Shown here piece by piece: positions 56,303-64,000 of a stretch of 64,000 bases of DNA (its first letter is position 1; every line of letters starts with the position of its first letter). The stretch covers positions 7,812,001 through 7,876,000 of the forward strand of contig CM035356.1 of the NCBI GenBank assembly GCA_020137815.1. Direction: 5' to 3'. The stretch is from Hormiphora californensis (lineage: Eukaryota; Animalia; Ctenophora). Position numbers and translations under genes: made by a program. Below the pieces are notes generated by a model. It ran no database searches. It saw only the letters and a list, made by a program, of their open reading frames with translations, and was not told where the DNA came from.

Positions 56303-57919
56303 AAAAAGAAACGAAGCAGAGCTGTCAATTACTAATGTATGTTGGTGCGCCTTGGCCATGTTGCATGTTATGATCTTTCTTGTGTTTTTTTGTGATGTTT
56401 CTTGAGTCTAAGAAGATTGGTAGTTACATTTTAGGAACATAAAATCATAAGATCGAATCAACTCGATAATAGATCTCTGAGATGACATCGAATATAATGC
56501 ATGCTAAAATTCTCTCTTTACATGTATTTATGTGTGTGAGATTCTCTCCATTACCCCCCCCCCTCTCTGATAGTGATAACACCAAGCAAGATATTGTGGA
56601 AAAGGAAGAGGAAAAACCAGTGGACCGATGGAGTCAATACCCGGCCATACCTGTAAACTGTCTGGTTAAATACTGAAACACTGTCGGTAGAGAGAGATAC
56701 AGAGAGAAAGAAAGAGTGAGAGTGCTCTGTATTTGTGGGATGGGGCACAAATCTGGCTTGTTATAAAAAAACTGGACTCAGTTGCTTGCATGATGAGAAT
56801 TTCGTTGTATATGATATCCCAATATGGGTTGTTGAAAGTTTAAACCCCCCGATATGCAGCCCTTTTAGTGGTTCCCTAACCTTCTAAAGTAAACATCGGC
56901 GATTTACTGGTAGTTTTAACAAAACCTGTGAGGGAGAATTATGCTATAACAGATACTAAATAGTAAATACTTCCTGGGATACTGTGCGAATGAATATCTC
57001 ATAATACCAAGACTACAAGAATGTTTCTCGTATGATGAGTAAGCTATGAGTGTAGTAGGTATATGTGTAGGGTGGCAAGACTGTTGAGGAGTGAAAGGTC
57101 GCCGTGTTCTGTGTGATACGTGTTGGTAACCCGTGGAGCGCGCCCCGCCGAACGCATCTTGAGGTAGGAGTTGTGCGCGGGCAACGACCCACCGGGTGAC
57201 GGCTAAAACGAAATTGATCAATGGTGCTGTTCTGCGGCAGAATCTGCCAAGGATGCCAGTGAACCAACCTTCAATTGATTTAAAATGTCTCCAATTTGCC
57301 AGATTTTGCATTAGTTTGCTTGTTGATAGTATCCAAATCGCGCATGGGAATTTGATGGACTATGCGTGTTTTTTGTATAAACACTGCAACAAGGTACCGC
57401 GCGACAAAATAGTTTTAAAACGTGCGCGCGTGAAATCTTAAGGTTTTTTTTACCGATTTGACGTTTTTTGGTCATTTTTCCCTTGGCATGCGCTGCAGAC
57501 CCCAAGTGCGCGCGTTTTCCACGGCTTCTAAAGTCGGATTTTTTGAAGTTGTCACCCCCCTTCTCGTGCGCGGAATGTTTTTGCGCGTCACATCACATGT
57601 TAACGTGTGGTGTGCGCGTCAAAATTGATAAATTTCACATGCGCGGTCATTTTGGGGTGACAACTTCAAAAAATCCGACTTTAGGGCCTGTAGCATAAAC
57701 CCTAACCTTAATCCTAATACCAACCTAAAGTTAGGGTTAGGATTAGTGTTTGGGTTAAGGATTGAACCCTAGGCCTTGGACCTAGGTTTATCATATTGTC
57801 ATAAAAGTGTGGGGTTAACCCCTAGGTCTAGTGGTTAGGCTCGTACCCCTAACTGGAACCGAAACCCGGTGCTAACTCTAACCCTAGCCTTAACCCTATG
57901 GCTAAACTAACTCTAAGGT

Positions 57920-58212
57920 GTCATGAGATATGCCTCATGAGGCCTCATGAGACATGCCTCATGTCAAAACTGCTCATGAGGCCTCATGAGACATCAAAAC
58001 AAAGTCGGGATGAGGCACATGTCTCATGAGGCCTCATGAGCAGTGTCTCATGAGGCCTCATGAGGCCTCATGAGTGCCTCATGAGGCGCCTCATGAGGTC
58101 TCATGAGGCCTCATGAGGCACTAAAACAGCTGAAAATGTCTCATGAGGCCTCATGAGGCGCCTCATGAGTGCCTCATGAGGCCTCATGAGGCGCCTCATG
58201 AGGCCTCATGAG
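57920..58212. repeat. Array of palindromic CTCATGAG(GC) units
   Basis: About 20 ctcatgag cores; adjacent telomere-like (ccctaa) degenerate repeats at 57697-57912. Confidence 0.9.
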
Positions 58213-58609
58213 ACAAACGGACACGTTCTTCCGACTTACCGCATAAACTCCATTTTTTTTCAACTGTTCACCCCCCAAAGTCGTGCGCGGAATTATTTTG
58301 CGCGTTTATCACATGTTAACGTATAGCGCGCGCCACCCAAATTCTAATTTTTATTAAATTTCAGTTTTTGGGTGAACAGTTGAAAAAAAATGGACTTTAG
58401 GCCAAATTTTTCCCCGATTTGGCTCACTTTTCGGTTTGTTGGGTCGTTGACGCATTTGATGAGGATATACAAGCTCCTGACGCTCTTTTCCACGTCCAAA
58501 AACTCATTTTATGATCACTGGTACTGGTACTTTTGCCTGGTTGAATGCCTAAGGATTTCAAAATTAATTTTCCTAAATTCGACCCCACTTTATTTTCTTT
58601 ATTTTAGCC

Positions 58610-59197
58610 ATGAAACGGTCAGAACACCTAGATTGGGATACATACTTCATGTCAGTGGCATTTCTTACCGCTCAACGAAGCAAAGATCCTAACACACAAG
58701 TTGGCGCTTGTATAGTGAACTCCGAGATGAAGATAGTGGGAGTTGGTTACAACGGGATGCCTAGGGGTTGTAGCGATGATGTTCTTCCGTGGGCCAAGGT
58801 GGGGAAAACTAAAAATGATACCAAATACCCTTTTGTGTGCCATGCTGAGATGAACGCTATTCTGAATAAAAACTCTTCTGATGTTAAAGGTTGTACGATT
58901 TATTGCAACCTTTTTCCATGTAACGAGTGTACCAAGATAATCATTCAATCTGGTATCAGCAAGTTGGTGTATTTCTCTGCAAAATACCGGGGAACGGAGA
59001 TGTTCGAGGCATCCGTTAAAATGTTAGACTTGGCAGGTATTGCATACAGACATTTCCGACCAAAGGAAAGTAAACTTGTCCTTGATTTTACTGTGTTTGA
59101 AGATGTGAAATATGATGAGAGCGAAGGGGATGAATTACAGAACAAAAGACGAAAGTGTGATGAAACAAAAACAGATGTGGTGAAAAATGGTAGTTGA
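58610..59197 (+). CDS. DCTD: dCMP deaminase, single coding exon
   Basis: [52 protein letters not shown]. Confidence 0.97.
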   Translation: MKRSEHLDWDTYFMSVAFLTAQRSKDPNTQVGACIVNSEMKIVGVGYNGMPRGCSDDVLPWAKVGKTKNDTKYPFVCHAEMNAILNKNSSDVKGCTIYCNLFPCNECTKIIIQSGISKLVYFSAKYRGTEMFEASVKMLDLAGIAYRHFRPKESKLVLDFTVFEDVKYDESEGDELQNKRRKCDETKTDVVKNGS

Positions 59198-59374
59198 TAT
59201 TTTTATTTTTCAAAGCTTATTTTTATTTATTTTAGCTCTTTTCAATGGTTTCTGTACTATTTAACATTTCTATTCCCTATATTTCTAATTTACTGATAAT
59301 AAAACTAACCTGAGAAATTGTATTTTTCTTGTCTATCCATGCAACATGATTTAACACAAATCCCTAATGTCAGG

Positions 59375-61644
59375 ATGTCTGGAATATGTAACAATTTTAA
59401 ACGGACTGGAAAATGCCGGTTTGGGGATAACTGTAAATTCCAACACGTTCGAGGCGGGAAACGGAAAGTAGCTCGAATAACATGTCCTCGATTTAGCTCT
59501 AAGGAAGGTAATAATTGTAATATATGGGACCAGTTACAGATTCGTTCCCAGGCATCAATGGATGCATGGCTGGGAATAAAGTGAGTGCTGACGTGCGCAT
59601 TCAGCTTTACTTTCTATTCAATTTACTTGACGTGCAGCAATGCAGCATGGTTCCTACAGACCCTCCCGCATGCCCGGCCATCAGGGAACGTCTCCGGATG
59701 GCCGGGCATCAATCTGTAACTGGTGCGTATGTTTATTGTTTATTGGCAGATCTAGATATGACAGTAATTGTGAGTATAGAAACTTGTAATAATAATAAAC
59801 TTGTCTCATCCCTAGGGTGCCAGGGAGACTGTAAACTAGCACACGCATTTGAACAAGACACTGAGTTACTCGGGATGTTCGAGAGGGGCATCAATATCAT
59901 CAACATCAGGGTGGATGATGTCAAGGGCAAGATGAGGGACCAGGCATCGCTTCAGGATATGTACGATCTACCTGTGGATTTAGTTGAGGAAAATGCCGGA
60001 CCTACTACATCGATTGATATTAATCTAGACCCCACGTCAATTAGTAATCTCAATGCTAACGCTGTTTCTTTCCACCCAATTTTAACTTCATCAACATCCC
60101 AAGAGAGGTGTACACCAACAACAGCCACCACAGAACAGGGTGGAGGAGGTCCATCTCTAGCTGGTGGAGGTCCATCTCTAGGAGGAGGAGGTCCATCTCT
60201 AGCTGGTGGAGGCCCATCTCTAGCTGGTGGAGGTCCAACTCTGGCTGGTGGAGGTCCAACTCTGGCTGGAGGAGGTCCATCTCTAGCTGGTGCCAAGGTG
60301 GTAACCACCCTTACTGGCGATGAGTACACAAGGGAGGTCCAACAAGTAACCAGGCTATACCGGGATCACTGCCAACTCCACGAAACAGACAGTGGCACTC
60401 TCATTCAACTCCAACATAAACCAACCGACCCGGATTGGAATCTCACGATAACAGAGATATCCCTGGATCTGTTTGTGCCGGTGAGCTACCCTGCTACCCA
60501 GTGTACACTGGAGTTTAGTGATGATCGGGTGAGTGAGAGGACGGAGGACAAGATAAATGCAGCAATAGCGGAGGAGCTGGTGCTACGGGAGGGTAGCTTG
60601 TGTGTGAGGCCCCTGCTCCGATGGATCGACCGGAACATCGGGGATATGCTCCAGGTGGAGAGTCAACTTAGAACAGCTCTCTCCCTCGCTGTACACAGAC
60701 ATGGCGGTGATGAGAGTGATAGTGAGAGTGGGAGTGAGAGTGAGGTTGGGACAACAGCCGCTGATTCTACTGAGTTTATGTTTGGTGAACAAGGTACCTC
60801 CATCAGGCTGCTTGACATTGATTTCCATTGTACTGGTGATGGTCTCATCGTCCAATCCCTTCTCCTCCTACTGCAGTGTTTGCGGTGTAAACAGCAAATG
60901 GAGGCCACTCTCACACCAGGTCTAAGTCACGTGACTGCGTGTACAAGGTGCAACAGTGAGATCACATGCACCCTGCACAAGAAGTTGTGTAATCAGAAGA
61001 GCTGTTCGCTTGCTTGTGTTGATCTGGTTGGGTGTAGTGTGGCTGATGCTCTTATTGCCCGCAGTCAGCTCTCTATTATTTGTACATTGTGCTCCAATTC
61101 AACCTATATTGGACCCTCCCCCGGAACCACTACCACATCTTTCTGTCGGTCATGCGGTGCCAAGATTACCCTCTCTTTTGATCGTGTCCGCCTCGTTGTT
61201 ATAACTCCCCCGGCTCCCAGCGGGAAACAGAGGTCACGTGCTAAAGTTGACAAGGGGTATGTCGAGGGACAGCCGTTACCAGATTCAGGCGCTTGCCGGC
61301 ACTACCGGAAATCAAACAGATGGTTTAGGTTTGCTTGTTGTGGCCGGTTGTTCCCCTGTGATAAATGTCACGACCAGGCCCTCCCAGATTGCCCCATGGA
61401 GTTTGGTAATAGGATGGTGTGCGGGTTTTGTGCTAGAGAACAACCCACCAGACAGCAGTGCAAGTTCTGTCATGGAGATTGTGGTACTGGGGTAAAGAGC
61501 CATCACTGGGAGGGAGGCAAGGGGTGCAGGGATGTTCGCCGGATGTGTCAGAATGATAGCAGGAAGTATAAAAATCGGAACAAAACCGTCTGTCAGAAAG
61601 ACAAACGGACTGGAAAACAGAAAGCTGATAAAAGGGATTCTTGA
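59375..61644 (+). CDS. Protein with two CCCH zinc fingers, a Cys-rich region and a C-terminal CHY zinc finger; exons 59375-59507 and 59816-61644
   Basis: CNNFKRTGKCRFGDNCKFQH; CPRFSSKEG|CQGDCKLAH; GACRHYRKSNRWFRFACCGRLFPCDKCHD; HWEGGKGCRD. Resembles the S. pombe C18H10.09-type family. Confidence 0.85.
60139..60291 (+). repeat. In-frame 21-bp coding repeat, (GGGP[S/T]LA)x7
   Basis: ggtggaggtccatctctagct units. Confidence 0.95.
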
Positions 61645-61763
61645 TTTGTCGTGTTTTGATTTTGATTAACGTTTTAAATGCAGCTAATTTTTGATTCATT
61701 TATTTGGGTGTAGTGATGAAAATCTAAATTGACATTTTTCTTGTGCCATGTGTGTATTACTTG

Positions 61764-63679
<1,916 letters not shown>

Positions 63680-63766
63680 CTGACTTTTGTCTTTGCTTTT
63701 TAAAGCTTTATCTCAAATTACAGAAAGTTAAAGCTGGTCAGCATTTAAATTTGCAGGGAAAGCACC

Positions 63767-63838
63767 GGGTGTATAGCTCAGTGGTAGAGCAATCGACTGC
63801 AGATCGATAGGTCCATGGTTCAACTCCGTGTGCGCCCT
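63767..63838 (+). tRNA. tRNA-Cys(GCA)
   Basis: Identical to the first copy. Confidence 0.95.
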
Positions 63839-63926
63839 CTAACTTTTGTCTTTGCTTTTTAAAGCTTTATCTCAAATTACAGAAAGTTAAAGCTGGTCAG
63901 CATTTAAATTTGCAAGTGAAAGCACC

Positions 63927-63998
63927 GGGTGTATAGCTCAGTGGTAGAGCAATCGACTGCAGATCGATAGGTCCATGGTTCAACTCCGTGTGCGCCCT
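63927..63998 (+). tRNA. tRNA-Cys(GCA)
   Basis: Identical to the first copy; the array runs to the window edge. Confidence 0.95.
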
Positions 63999-64000
63999 CT

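Noticed and set aside
59524-59815. N-terminal 97 aa of the 706-aa ORF
   Set aside because: Intronic; splicing 59507 to 59816 restores a second CCCH finger.

Overview
This is intron-rich, repeat-dense animal genomic DNA, not prokaryotic. Gene content and repeat style suggest a ctenophore (inference, not verified). Genes reconstructed by hand from GT-AG junctions, left to right: the last exon of an unknown gene; a calmodulin/myosin-light-chain-like EF-hand gene; an intronless secreted tyrosinase with a long Lys/Asp/Ser-rich N-terminus; a 10-exon Shaker-family Kv channel with a substituted S6 gate (PMT instead of PVP); a 5' half of a rhodopsin-class GPCR; two tandem RSPH4/6 radial-spoke-head paralogs; EFCAB2/DRC8; IFT46; SLC35B2; DCTD; a CCCH+CHY zinc-finger gene; and the 5' end of RUVBL2 with a tandem tRNA-Cys array in intron 2. 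The main discovery is a 15.66-kb IS3EU-like DNA transposon at 14990-30653. It has 662-bp near-identical TIRs, TATGG..CCACA termini and an imperfect 6-bp TSD. It carries an intact 8-exon DDE integrase, an intact 3-exon alpha-kinase, and an opposite-strand ubiquitin-like gene whose 3' exons are homologous to the kinase N-terminal domain and whose stop codon lies inside a TIR. A recurring feature is tandem amplification of splice-junction sequence inside introns. Many MITEs, a foldback element, a 16-bp satellite and microsatellites are also present. All family assignments come from motif recognition; no searches were run.
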